64,000 bases of DNA. Source: a virus. Positions 52,528 through 62,480 of the stretch are shown here, one piece after another. Position 1 is the stretch's first letter, and each line of letters opens with the position of its first letter. The stretch spans positions 53,942 through 117,941 of the IMG/VR virus record IMGVR_UViG_3300028831_000229. One strand, written 5' to 3'. Made by a program: the position numbers and the translations under genes. A model generated the notes under the pieces. It was not told the origin of the DNA, did not search any database, and saw nothing but the letters and a program-made list of their open reading frames with translations.

Positions 52528-53334
52528 ATGAGTGACACGAAGATGAAGCTGTACTGCGGCGACCTGAAGGGCGACACCGTGAACACGACGTGCTCGTTCG
52601 GCCAGGTCACCTTCGATGCGCACGGCTGCGCGGAGGTCGAGGCCACCGAAGAGGACGTGGCGAAGCTCACCGCGCTCGGCTGGACCGGTTCGCCACCGGC
52701 TCCGCAGCTCACGCCGGAGGAGCAAGTCAAGGCGGACATGCCGCGCGAGATGGTGCTGCTGCACGCGCCCGACCTGAAGGGCGAGAAGGTCAGCACCTCG
52801 TTCGGCACCGTTCACTTCGACGAGAACGGCATGGCCGAGTGGAACGCTTCGGCGGACGACCTGGTGAAGCTCCACGCGCTGCGCTGGGTGCTGGAGCCGC
52901 AGCCGACCATGGAGAACACGGCGCGCACGCTCGCGCACGAGCCGCTGCGCGGTCCGACGATCGAGGAATACGTCTCCGCCGGCTACCTGCCGGAGGAGTA
53001 CCCGCCGCAAGGCTACGAGAAGCGCGCGAGCGCCGGTCTCACCGCGTTCGAGAGCGGCGGCAAGGTGCCGTGGGACGAGCGCCTGGTGCAGGCGCGCCGC
53101 GAGCAGGTGACGCGTGAGCGCGCCGAGCAGGCGGCTCGCGACGCGGCGCAGCTCAAGGCGAACGCCGCGCAGTCCGAGATCGCGGCGCGCAACGTCGTCG
53201 CCGAGCCGGAGCCGGTGACGCCGCCGATCACGGTCGTCGAGACGCCGGCACCGACGCCGGTCGCCGAAGACCCGGTGCCGGCTCCGAGCGCCAAGCAGCA
53301 AGCCAAGGCCGAGGCCAAGGCGAAGGCGAAGTAG
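52528..53334 (+). CDS. head-associated protein with duplicated ~45-aa N-terminal domain
   Basis: DLKG..V...SFG.V.FD..G.AE..A...D..KL.AL.W occurs twice. Confidence 0.75.
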   Translation: MSDTKMKLYCGDLKGDTVNTTCSFGQVTFDAHGCAEVEATEEDVAKLTALGWTGSPPAPQLTPEEQVKADMPREMVLLHAPDLKGEKVSTSFGTVHFDENGMAEWNASADDLVKLHALRWVLEPQPTMENTARTLAHEPLRGPTIEEYVSAGYLPEEYPPQGYEKRASAGLTAFESGGKVPWDERLVQARREQVTRERAEQAARDAAQLKANAAQSEIAARNVVAEPEPVTPPITVVETPAPTPVAEDPVPAPSAKQQAKAEAKAKAK

Positions 53335-53358
53335 CCACCACCAACGCGGAGGAAGCTC

Positions 53359-54141
53359 GTGCCCCCTTCTCTCTACTCACCGTACATCGCGCTCTCGCAG
53401 TTGAGCGGAGCGTACTTGCGCAAGCAGTACCTCGCAGGCTTCACCTTCCTGGGTGATGACGGCAAGCCGCTCGCCGACGAGTGGTTCGAGGAGTTCATCC
53501 AGAACGCCATCGGCAAGTTGGAGGAGGTGCTCAACGTCGATGTTCTCCAACGGAACAACGTCGCGGAGAAGCACGACTACCACTCGCAGGACTGGGACGC
53601 CTTCGGCTTCATCCAGCTCTTCCGCTTCCCCGCGCAGAGCGTTCAAGAAGTGCGTGCGGTGGTGACGCCTGGACAGACCGTCCAGGTGTTCCCGTCCACG
53701 TACGTCCGTATCCAACTCGAGCACTCGCAGATCCACCTCGTACCGACCGCTGGTTCGCTCGCAACCATCTCCATCGGCCAAGGCATGGAGTGGTTGCCAT
53801 TCTTCAGCGGTCGCACATACGTGCCGCATCTGTGGGAGGTCGACTACGTCTCCGGGTTCAACCCGGATCAGATTCCGCGCATCGTCGCCGACTCGATCAT
53901 GAAGTGGGCGGCGATCGACATCTTGACGATCCTCAGCGACACCGTGACGCCGCTTGGTGTCACGTCTACGAGCCAAGGCGTCGATGGCTTGTCGCAGAGC
54001 CGCAGCTACCAGCTGCCAGCGTTCAAGGCGCGCATCGACGCGTACAACGCCGACCTCGGCTTGCCGCCGCACAGCCCGCAGGACGGCATGCTCGCGCAGA
54101 TTCGCGAGCAGTACGTCGGCATCCTGATGGCGAGCGTGTAG
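53359..54141 (+). CDS. head-tail adaptor/neck protein
   Basis: Position after capsid; EKHDY...FIQL...P, VDYVSG, GVDGLSQS. Confidence 0.75.
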   Translation: MPPSLYSPYIALSQLSGAYLRKQYLAGFTFLGDDGKPLADEWFEEFIQNAIGKLEEVLNVDVLQRNNVAEKHDYHSQDWDAFGFIQLFRFPAQSVQEVRAVVTPGQTVQVFPSTYVRIQLEHSQIHLVPTAGSLATISIGQGMEWLPFFSGRTYVPHLWEVDYVSGFNPDQIPRIVADSIMKWAAIDILTILSDTVTPLGVTSTSQGVDGLSQSRSYQLPAFKARIDAYNADLGLPPHSPQDGMLAQIREQYVGILMASV

Positions 54142-54143
54142 CC

Positions 54144-54953
54144 ATGAAGGTCATCCGCATGGGAGCCGTCCAGGTCGGTGGTGTCACCATCGGCAAGCCG
54201 TCACCAGCTGGTACCTGGGCACCGTCGTTCGACAACCAGACGGTCGATTTCGACCGTGATGCCTTCACGCGCATGCTCGCCGACAAAGGCTACAGCGTGC
54301 AGTGGGAGAAGGCGATGTGGTGCCCGAACCGGAGCAACGACGAGAAGACGCGGCAGCACGACATCAACTGCACCATCTGCGATGGCTCTGGCTTCTTCTA
54401 CTACGCGTCCGAGATCACGCCGATGCTGATGACCGGCATCTCGATGCAGCAAGCCTTCCACGCGTACGGTCGCTGGGACCCTGGTCAGATGATGGTCACC
54501 GCGCTGCCGGAGAAGCGCATCAACTACTGGGACAGGCTGACGCTCCAGAACGGCACGGTGCGCTTCTTCGAGATGGTGACGCGGCAGCGCAACGTCACCA
54601 GCGACGTGTTCAAGTTCGCCCCACTCGAGATCGAAGCCGTGACGTGGAAGGCGCGTGACGGCTCGCTGCGCAGCTACATCGCAGGTCAAGACTTTCAGGT
54701 GAGCGTGCTCGGCACCGGCATCACCTGGCTCATCACGACCGGGCGTCCCGACGGCGATTCGACGTACTCGGTGGCGTACACGTGCAGGCCGCGGTACGTC
54801 GTTCAAGACCTCGTGCACCACCACCGCGACTCGACCGTCGAAGGAGTCCACTACGAGTTCCCCACGCAAGCAGTAGCTCGGTTCGCGTTCCTCATCCGTG
54901 ACGAGAGCAAAGATGCCGCTCAAGTTCAATATCAAGATCCCTTCAAGCAGTAG
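54144..54953 (+). CDS. neck/head-closure protein
   Basis: VQWEKAMWCP...CTICDGSG, pattern seen in SPO1/Twort-like neck genes. Confidence 0.75.
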   Translation: MKVIRMGAVQVGGVTIGKPSPAGTWAPSFDNQTVDFDRDAFTRMLADKGYSVQWEKAMWCPNRSNDEKTRQHDINCTICDGSGFFYYASEITPMLMTGISMQQAFHAYGRWDPGQMMVTALPEKRINYWDRLTLQNGTVRFFEMVTRQRNVTSDVFKFAPLEIEAVTWKARDGSLRSYIAGQDFQVSVLGTGITWLITTGRPDGDSTYSVAYTCRPRYVVQDLVHHHRDSTVEGVHYEFPTQAVARFAFLIRDESKDAAQVQYQDPFKQ

Positions 54954-55701
54954 CGCAGCGATCCACGCGAAGCTGCGTCCGGCTGTCGAGAAGGCGTTGG
55001 CCGACGCGAAGCCCAAGCTCGTCGTGCTCATCGTCGATCGCGTCACGATGGAGGCCGACACGAAGCTGCACAGCCAGGCTGCCGCGTACAAGAAGGCGAT
55101 CCAGGATCCGCACGCCATCACAGTGGACGAGCACGGCATCAAGGTCCACATCAAGGACCCGACCGTGCTGGCGTTGGACGGCGGCGTGAACTCGTTCGAC
55201 ATCAAAGCCAAGATGCTTCCGTATGCGAAGCACTTCTCGAAGAAGGGCGCGCCGTATATCGACGTGCCCTTCACGCACCAACCGTACGGGCGCTTCTTCG
55301 GAGGCAAGGACGGCGTGCCGAAGAACGTGCTCAAGAGCCTCTACAAGAAGGCCAACAAGATCGAGAGCGACGACATCCGCGTGCGGACCAACGTTCATGG
55401 TGCAGCGCCCAAGAGCTTCGAGCGTGAGCTGACCTTCGGTGACAAGAAGGTCACCACACAGGTGCATCACAAGACCAGCATCCACGCGAACATGATCATG
55501 TCGCGCACGCGTGGCGTGAGCAGCGGCTCGTTCAAGACGATCCGCCGCATCTCGGCTGCGAGTGACGCGATGTCCTGGTGGCATCCTGGCTTCCAGGGTC
55601 TCGGCATCTTCCGCAAGGTGTTCGATCAGCTGAAGCGCGACATCAACCACGTCATCGGCGACAGCTTCCGTCGCGTCGGACTGAAAGCGAGGTTCAAGTG
55701 A
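54913..55701 (+). CDS. neck/tail completion protein
   Basis: FDIK...YIDVPF.H...FKTIRRIS...SWWHPG; position. Confidence 0.7.
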   Translation: MPLKFNIKIPSSSSAAIHAKLRPAVEKALADAKPKLVVLIVDRVTMEADTKLHSQAAAYKKAIQDPHAITVDEHGIKVHIKDPTVLALDGGVNSFDIKAKMLPYAKHFSKKGAPYIDVPFTHQPYGRFFGGKDGVPKNVLKSLYKKANKIESDDIRVRTNVHGAAPKSFERELTFGDKKVTTQVHHKTSIHANMIMSRTRGVSSGSFKTIRRISAASDAMSWWHPGFQGLGIFRKVFDQLKRDINHVIGDSFRRVGLKARFK

Positions 55702-56435
55702 CCATCGACCAGGATCGCTACAACCGCGAGAACAACTACACCGTGCCGGCGAACCAGCCGCTCGGCATGCGTATCCCGGAGTACGTGTTCGCGCAGCTCA
55801 TCGGCTTCGTGTTCCAGGAGATCCGGCGCACGATCGACACCAACTCGCTCATCGACGAGCTGTTCGCGTTCACGACCAAGGACACCATCAAGCGCTTCAA
55901 GGAGTACCTACGCGACCACAAGAACTTCTACGTGGGCGTCAACTGGCCGCAGGAAGACGTCCACCTGCCGCTCATCACCGTCATCAGCCAGTCCGAGGAA
56001 GAGGCGACCGATCTCGCGTTCCTTGGCGACGCTGTCGGCGTGGAGCAGTTCGGCACGTTCGGTGGTGGCCAGAAGCTCACCCAGCGTCAGGCCAAGGCCG
56101 TGCCGCTGCGGTCGACCACGCAGATCTACATCGCGTCGACGGACGACGAGCTGACGTTGCTGTTGTACAACGTCGTCCGCTTCATCTTCCTCTCGAACAA
56201 GCTCCAGCTCTCGCAGCTCTACGACATCCACAACCTCGTCGTGAGCGGGCAGGCGTTGGAATACGACCAGGAGCTGCATCCGGTCAAGGGCTTCTACCGG
56301 ACCATCCAGCTCCAGTACCTGACCCTGTTCGACTGGAACCTCTCCGAGGAGGCGGCCAAGATCGTGTCGCTCGACCTCGTCGTCGAGGCGCTGGCCGGTG
56401 GGGTGAAAACCCAGACGCCGGTACCGAGCCCGTAG
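55698..56435 (+). CDS. tail terminator/completion protein
   Basis: GTGA overlap; position before the sheath gene. Confidence 0.65.
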   Translation: MTIDQDRYNRENNYTVPANQPLGMRIPEYVFAQLIGFVFQEIRRTIDTNSLIDELFAFTTKDTIKRFKEYLRDHKNFYVGVNWPQEDVHLPLITVISQSEEEATDLAFLGDAVGVEQFGTFGGGQKLTQRQAKAVPLRSTTQIYIASTDDELTLLLYNVVRFIFLSNKLQLSQLYDIHNLVVSGQALEYDQELHPVKGFYRTIQLQYLTLFDWNLSEEAAKIVSLDLVVEALAGGVKTQTPVPSP

Positions 56436-56472
56436 AACCCACCCGGCATCCAGTGTAGAATAGGAGGCACCC

Positions 56473-56772
56473 ATGTCCGATGATGTCAAGACCAAAGAGC
56501 AGGAACCGCTGGCCAAGGCGGCGCCGGCAACTCGTCCGGTTGTCGGACGTCAGTTCCCAGGGCAGCAGCACTACGCGGTGACGCTGCCGGAGGAGGAGGC
56601 GGCGCGTGTCGAGTTGCAGAAGCAGTACGACGATCCGAACGCCGTGCCGCTCAACGTCTACTTCTCGGTCAAGCAGATCCGCAACCCGGTGATGCAGGCG
56701 TCCATGCGCGCGTATACCAAGGTCGAGCGCGCCACGGTCGATGCCTGGGACGAGATCTTCCGCGACCACTAA
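56473..56772 (+). CDS. hypothetical tail-region protein
   Basis: AGGAGG RBS; TAGAAT -10-like element at 56456-56461. Confidence 0.75.
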   Translation: MSDDVKTKEQEPLAKAAPATRPVVGRQFPGQQHYAVTLPEEEAARVELQKQYDDPNAVPLNVYFSVKQIRNPVMQASMRAYTKVERATVDAWDEIFRDH

Positions 56773-56787
56773 CAGAAAGGAGCCATC

Positions 56788-58581
56788 ATGTCGAAGCGTG
56801 TACTGTTCAATGGCGCGGTCCTCGTTCGTCCAGGTGCGGCGACGAAGATCGATGCCTCCCAGTTCCAGAACATCATCCTCGCAGGTCTCGGTATCGTCGG
56901 CCTGATCGGCACGGCTGACGGTGGTCAGCCGCGCACGGTGCAGGTCTTCAACTCTGCCGACGCCGTCAAGCAGTTCTACCAGAGCGGTGACATCGTCGAG
57001 GCTGCCGCGATGGTGGCTGACCCGAGCAACGACCCGCGCATCCCGAACGGTGCGGCGGCCATCGTCTGCTACAAGGTCAACAACTCCACGCAGGCGGCTC
57101 GCACGGTTGCGCCGTTCGTGTTCACGTCGCGCAAGTACGGCTTGCTCGCGAACAACATCCAGGTCGGCATCACCGTCCCGTCTGGCTCGCAGCGCGTCGT
57201 GACGGTGACCGACATCGATGCGTTCGGCACGACCGTCACCGAGACGTCTCCGACGCTCGGAACCACGGCGCGCTTCGCGATCCAGTACACCGGCGCCGGC
57301 TCGGCGGCGACGCTCACCACGACGGCGACGCAGCTGACCACCAACATCACCGGCGGTGGTGCGAACGAAGCGCTGACGCTCAACTTCGCCGACTTCCCGA
57401 ACCTCGCGGTGATGCTCCAGTTCATCGCGGCCTACGCACCGAACGGTGTGCAGGTCTACTCGGTCACGTCGATCGTCAGCAACGCGGCGAGCTTCAACCC
57501 GGCGAACGTCGACCTCCAGTCGGCGGTCGCTATCAAGGCGTCGCCGGTCAACATCATGGCCGTCAACTGGGAGATCGGTGACTGGATCAACAACCAGTCG
57601 CAGATCATCAGCGCTGCCGTGACGCTCGCGCAGGCGATCACCGCGGCGGTCACGACGTCCGGCCTGACCGGTGGCACCAAGGGCAGCTCGGCGAACACCG
57701 ATTGGGTCACTGGCTTCACCGCGCTGCGCGGTACGCGCATCAACCAGCTTGTGCCGCTGGTCAGCGCGGACGGCACGGCACCGGACACCTTCACCTTCGC
57801 GTCGGTCGCTGCCGCGGCTGTCGCGCATGGCAAGTTCGTCTCGAGCACGCTCGGCAAGAACGAGTGCCAGATCTGGATGGGGCAGAGCGCGACGCTCACG
57901 AACCTCGTCCTGACGGCGAACACACAGAACTCCGAGCACCTCTGCCTCTTCGGTCAGAAGGCCAAGCGCCTCAAGACGGCGGACGGCACGCTTCCATTCT
58001 TCGCCGAGTGGTCGGCGGCGGCTGTCGCGGCTGGCATGCGCGCCGGAGCGAACCTCGGTGAGCCGCTCACGTGGAAGTACCCGAGCGTCCTCGGCGTGAG
58101 CAGCGACTCGTCGTGGTCGGAGTCGAACAACGACGACGTCACGAACCTGACGCTCAACGGTGTCAACGTCATCAACAATCTCGCGTCGAAGGGCTTCCGC
58201 TTCGACAAGATGCAGACGACGTACACCAAGCAGGACAACGACGCCTACGTCGAAGAGACGATCGTCCAGATCTGGAAGCTCGTTTCGTTCAACCTCCGCA
58301 CCACGCTCGAAGACACGTACGTCGGTCGCGGCGGTACCGTGGCGCTCGGGAGCACGGTGCCGGCGACGGTCGCGAAGGTGATGCAGCCGTTGAAGGATGC
58401 GGGCGCCATCACCGATTCGATCGTGAACGGCAAGGTCATCAACGCCTGGCGCAACGTCAACTGGACGATCAACGGCGACGTCATGACGGTCAACGTCACC
58501 GTCAGCCCGACGCCCGGCATCAACTTCATCCTCACCACCATCGTGCTCGTGCCGGCGCAGATCAGCGGCGTCGCGGCATAA
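56788..58581 (+). CDS. contractile tail sheath protein
   Basis: FNG....RPG, GLIGTADGG.P, F.SG, LTGG, GEPLTWK, TTY...E, P....NFI. Confidence 0.93.
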   Translation: MSKRVLFNGAVLVRPGAATKIDASQFQNIILAGLGIVGLIGTADGGQPRTVQVFNSADAVKQFYQSGDIVEAAAMVADPSNDPRIPNGAAAIVCYKVNNSTQAARTVAPFVFTSRKYGLLANNIQVGITVPSGSQRVVTVTDIDAFGTTVTETSPTLGTTARFAIQYTGAGSAATLTTTATQLTTNITGGGANEALTLNFADFPNLAVMLQFIAAYAPNGVQVYSVTSIVSNAASFNPANVDLQSAVAIKASPVNIMAVNWEIGDWINNQSQIISAAVTLAQAITAAVTTSGLTGGTKGSSANTDWVTGFTALRGTRINQLVPLVSADGTAPDTFTFASVAAAAVAHGKFVSSTLGKNECQIWMGQSATLTNLVLTANTQNSEHLCLFGQKAKRLKTADGTLPFFAEWSAAAVAAGMRAGANLGEPLTWKYPSVLGVSSDSSWSESNNDDVTNLTLNGVNVINNLASKGFRFDKMQTTYTKQDNDAYVEETIVQIWKLVSFNLRTTLEDTYVGRGGTVALGSTVPATVAKVMQPLKDAGAITDSIVNGKVINAWRNVNWTINGDVMTVNVTVSPTPGINFILTTIVLVPAQISGVAA

Positions 58582-58599
58582 CCAGAAGGGAGCAAGTCC

Positions 58600-59079
58600 A
58601 TGTCGCGTCCAGCACTGCCCACAGGCACCGGCACCCGGGTCTTCTCGGGTGCACGCTGCATCTTCAAGTACAACGACGGCATCGTCGGTTTCGCGCAAGG
58701 CGTGTCCGGCTCGGAGGAGATCATCTACGAGCCGGTCGACACGCTCGATCACCTGGAGGTGCGCGAGCATGCGCCGGTCGGCTACCGTGTCACGTTCACC
58801 GCGCAGATCTTCCGCACCATCGCGGTCGGTCCGAGCACGGACGTCGACGGTCCCGGCTCGCTCAAGGAGCAGAACATCTTCCCGAAGTTCGCCGACATCC
58901 TGCGGCTCCAGGGTGTCGATGCTCTGCTCCAGGACCACGTCAGCGGCAAGATCATCCACCTGCTCCAGCAGGTGAAGACGGCGTCGTACAACTTCAGCGT
59001 GACCGCGCGAGGCATCGTCGGTCAGAACGTCACGTTCGTCGCGATCCGCGCGATGGACGAGAGCGAGGTCACGCCGTAG
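58600..59079 (+). CDS. tail tube protein
   Basis: 159 aa directly after sheath; VGFAQGVS....YEPV...EH.PVGY...NVTF. Confidence 0.88.
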   Translation: MSRPALPTGTGTRVFSGARCIFKYNDGIVGFAQGVSGSEEIIYEPVDTLDHLEVREHAPVGYRVTFTAQIFRTIAVGPSTDVDGPGSLKEQNIFPKFADILRLQGVDALLQDHVSGKIIHLLQQVKTASYNFSVTARGIVGQNVTFVAIRAMDESEVTP

Positions 59080-59120
59080 AGCAACCCACAACCCGACATT
59101 CGTAGAAGAGGAGACACGAG

Positions 59121-59519
59121 ATGAGCGAAGAGAAGAGTGAAGGCACCGAAGTGATCACCATCGTGAACGTCAGCGAGGCCAACGGCGAGAAGAAGCTGGA
59201 GACTGAGCTGACCTTCACGATGGAGTGGACGAACCCGGAGACCGGCAAGAAGCTCTCCGGCACGTTCACCGCGCAGCGGCCGAACATCGGCATGGTGCAG
59301 CGGATCGCCGTGATCAAGGCTCGCCTCAACGGTGGCGAGCGCGTTCCGGCGGACATCGACTTCCTCAACGAGATCGTGGCGTACTGCTCGGTGGTCCTCA
59401 CGGACACACCGAAGTGGTGGACCCCGGAGGCGTTCTTCGACGCAAGCCCACTGCGCAAGGTGTGGGACCACGTGAGGTCGTGGGAGAACTCCTTTCGCAG
59501 CAAGCGCGTGGTCGAATGA
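59121..59519 (+). CDS. tail assembly chaperone (G-like)
   Basis: Between tube and tape measure; ends ...WENSFR. Confidence 0.8.
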   Translation: MSEEKSEGTEVITIVNVSEANGEKKLETELTFTMEWTNPETGKKLSGTFTAQRPNIGMVQRIAVIKARLNGGERVPADIDFLNEIVAYCSVVLTDTPKWWTPEAFFDASPLRKVWDHVRSWENSFRSKRVVE

Positions 59520-60030
59520 CCTCGAACTGCTCAGGTCGATAGCTGCGAACCAGCTCAAGCGTGACTGGTTGCAGCGGTGGTGGTGCCGCAAGTACAACCG
59601 CCCGAGCAAGGACCCGTTGCTGCTTGAGTACACGATGGAGGAGTTGATGATCGAGTACCTGAAGGATGCGATCGAGATGGACCCGGGCGAAGCGTTCCCG
59701 ACGCAGACGCTCGAGGACGGTGTTCAGTTCACGCGCACCGGTGACGAGGTCGTCGATGCCTGGGAGAAGGACATCGCCAAAGGCGCCGCGCCGGACTTCA
59801 GCAAGGCGTTCAAGAACGAGGCAGATCGCAAGGTGTTCGAGGCGTGGCTCAAGCCGAAGAAGAGCGGTGGCAGCACGCCGCCGGCTGCTGCGGCTGCGAT
59901 GCCGATCGTCGAACCCGTTGCACCAGAGCCTCCAAAGACGCCGGACCAGCTGCTCGATGAAGAGCTGCCGGACTGGCTCACGGAAGCGATGGGTGATGGC
60001 TTCAGCGACGACTACAACAAGGAGCAGTAG
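59494..60030 (+). CDS. tail assembly chaperone extension (T-like), probably reached by +1 frameshift
   Basis: +1 frame open from 59476 with no good start/RBS; TCC TTT CGC at 59490-59498. Confidence 0.7.
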   Translation, partial: FAASAWSNDLELLRSIAANQLKRDWLQRWWCRKYNRPSKDPLLLEYTMEELMIEYLKDAIEMDPGEAFPTQTLEDGVQFTRTGDEVVDAWEKDIAKGAAPDFSKAFKNEADRKVFEAWLKPKKSGGSTPPAAAAAMPIVEPVAPEPPKTPDQLLDEELPDWLTEAMGDGFSDDYNKEQ

Positions 60031-60032
60031 CA

Positions 60033-62480
60033 ATGGCTGACGACATCCAACTCCAGGTAGGCATCGACCTCGATGCTCTCAAGCAGTCTGCCGAGCGCGG
60101 CGCAACCGTGCTCGGTCAGGCGTTTCAAGGTGCGATGTCGTCAGCGCTCAGCGGTCACACGCTGGGTAGTGGGATGGCGCCGTCGCAGCTGCCGCCTGGT
60201 CAAGCACCAGCGCAGCAGATGCTCACGGCGCTTTCTCACATCCAGCAGACGTTGCAGCAAGGTTTCGTAGCGCTCATCGCTGCCGTCGCCAACGGCGGCG
60301 GTGGCGGCGTTGGTGGTCCGTCAGGCGCACCGGGCTCTGGCTCGCCACCGCGTGGACCGAATGGTCAGTTCGTCTCGCCGAACGCACCGCAGCGTCAGGA
60401 GACGTGGGGCCAGTCGATGATGGCTGGTCTCCGCTTCGCGGATCAGTTTCCGATGAGCAGCTTCGCGAACATGATCCAGACCGACTTCCACCGCACTGGC
60501 GTCTATCAGTTCCTCAACCAAGCGCTCGGCAGCATCCCGGTCGTCGGCAAGCTCTTCGGTCTCGGCGCGGAGTACGCGCAGGCGAGCGACGAGTACATGA
60601 AGCAGTCACTCGACGTGTTCCGCTCCGGTGGTCGCGACGCGCGACGCAACTTCCGTGGCGTCGCCGAGCAGGAGGCTGGTCACAAGTTCCTTCAGCAGGT
60701 CGGCATCACGCTGCCCGAGTACGCGAACATGCAGATCAGCGCGTCGTCCTACGGCAGCTACGCCGCTGACCCGCTCGCTGCCATCCAGGGACGCTACGGG
60801 CTGGCTGACAAGGGTGCCGACTTGATGCGCACGCTCGTTCAAGGCGGTGGCACCGTCGACAAGAACGGCGTGAACGACATCAAATTCAAGGCCGGCGAAA
60901 CCGAGTGGCGCACGTTCGCTGATGTACTCGCCGTGGCGATCGGGACGAACCTGGATCGCGGTCGCTGGGGTGAAGCGTTCACCGCGTTGTCGGCTGCTGC
61001 GCGGCGAATCACCAGCGGCAACATCGACAAGGAAGGTCTGCTCGCAACGGAGACGTTCGTTGGCAACATGGGAGCGCGCTTTCAAGGAGACAGCGCCGCG
61101 CACATGAGCATGGTCGCGACGCTTCAAGGTCTGCAAGGCGGTCAAGGTGGCGGCCTCGCGCAGATCATGGCGCTGCAAGCCGGTGGTCTGAGCGGTGGTG
61201 GTGGCTACTTCGATGCGCAAGCACGCGTCGACCTCGGCGCTGCTGCTGGCGGCGTCGGGCTCGAGGACGTGCTGAAACGCTACACGAATCTTGGCTTCGT
61301 GCGCGCGTACATGGTGAGTGGCACCGAAGCGGATTTGAATCGCGCGTACATCCTGCTCTCGCGCATGTTGCCTGGGTACAAGCCGACCGACATCAAGGAG
61401 ATGCTGCGTGCTCTTCGTGTGCAAGGTGGCGTGAGCGGTCCAACCGAAGCGTTGCGTTCGATGATGGGGCGCAACATCGGTAGTCCGATGGCGCTCCAAG
61501 GTGACAAGGAGGCCAGCTTTCTGCCGAAGCAAGAAGGCGAGGTCATCGGTTCGGCTGTCAGCGGCAGCTACAAGGGCGCCGACGCTACCGACCGCATCGA
61601 CGTGGACGAGAACTACGGCGCATCACGTGGTGGCGGCATCGGCGGCATTGAGAACCGAGAGGAAGGCCGCGCGCAAGGCGGCTTCCGCACGCAGCCTCCT
61701 GTTGAAACCGTCATCGACATCGGCGACATCAACGTCCCGATCCCGAGGAACTACGGTGACGAAGGCTACGGTCAGAAGCGTGACGCATGGCCGACCGGTC
61801 CTGGTGAGCAGAGTCCACCTGGCTACCTGCCCGGCTGGCGTCCTTCACGACCGACGGATCCGAACGGCGCGCGCCACATGGCGCGTGACATCGTGGTCGG
61901 CAGCGGTCAGGCAGGCGAGAAGGTCTACGCGCCGGTCGACGGTACGTGGTTGACGCAGACGCCGGTGTTGGCAATCGCTGGTAGCCCTGATGAAGGCTAC
62001 GTCGGCGAGATGCTCGGCGACAACAAAGTGACCTACCGTTTCGTGCACATCAACTTCGATGCGACCCTGAAGAAAGGGCTACGCGTCACGCAAGGCCAGT
62101 GCATCGGCACGGTCGCGAAGAACAACAAGAACTCGAAGCCGCACCTCCACCTCGAAGCACGCAAGAATGTTGACGGGAAGCCAGCTGTCGTCGATCCGAT
62201 GTCGACGATGAACGGCGGCGAGCGTGACATCATGACCGGCATCAAGCGGCCAGCGGCACCTGGACAAGCGTCTCCACCGAGCGGCGAGACACACGACGAT
62301 GCTGTGCAGGGTCAGGGTGGTCGAACGTCGTCTACGCCGTCCGCGCCGATCTCGCGCAATGACCGCGGCGATCGCATGGATGTCCACATCTTCGTGCACG
62401 ACACGCGCGTCTCCGTGGCTCGTCGCATCGTGCCTGGCGGCGCGCCCGGTCAGAACTTCAACAAGAAGGGAGTCGGCTGA
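60033..62480 (+). CDS. tape measure protein with C-terminal M23 peptidase domain
   Basis: Gly/Ala-rich helical body after the chaperones; HMARD (HxxxD), VYAPVDG, FVH, V.QGQ.IG, PHLHLE (HxH). Confidence 0.8.
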   Translation: MADDIQLQVGIDLDALKQSAERGATVLGQAFQGAMSSALSGHTLGSGMAPSQLPPGQAPAQQMLTALSHIQQTLQQGFVALIAAVANGGGGGVGGPSGAPGSGSPPRGPNGQFVSPNAPQRQETWGQSMMAGLRFADQFPMSSFANMIQTDFHRTGVYQFLNQALGSIPVVGKLFGLGAEYAQASDEYMKQSLDVFRSGGRDARRNFRGVAEQEAGHKFLQQVGITLPEYANMQISASSYGSYAADPLAAIQGRYGLADKGADLMRTLVQGGGTVDKNGVNDIKFKAGETEWRTFADVLAVAIGTNLDRGRWGEAFTALSAAARRITSGNIDKEGLLATETFVGNMGARFQGDSAAHMSMVATLQGLQGGQGGGLAQIMALQAGGLSGGGGYFDAQARVDLGAAAGGVGLEDVLKRYTNLGFVRAYMVSGTEADLNRAYILLSRMLPGYKPTDIKEMLRALRVQGGVSGPTEALRSMMGRNIGSPMALQGDKEASFLPKQEGEVIGSAVSGSYKGADATDRIDVDENYGASRGGGIGGIENREEGRAQGGFRTQPPVETVIDIGDINVPIPRNYGDEGYGQKRDAWPTGPGEQSPPGYLPGWRPSRPTDPNGARHMARDIVVGSGQAGEKVYAPVDGTWLTQTPVLAIAGSPDEGYVGEMLGDNKVTYRFVHINFDATLKKGLRVTQGQCIGTVAKNNKNSKPHLHLEARKNVDGKPAVVDPMSTMNGGERDIMTGIKRPAAPGQASPPSGETHDDAVQGQGGRTSSTPSAPISRNDRGDRMDVHIFVHDTRVSVARRIVPGGAPGQNFNKKGVG

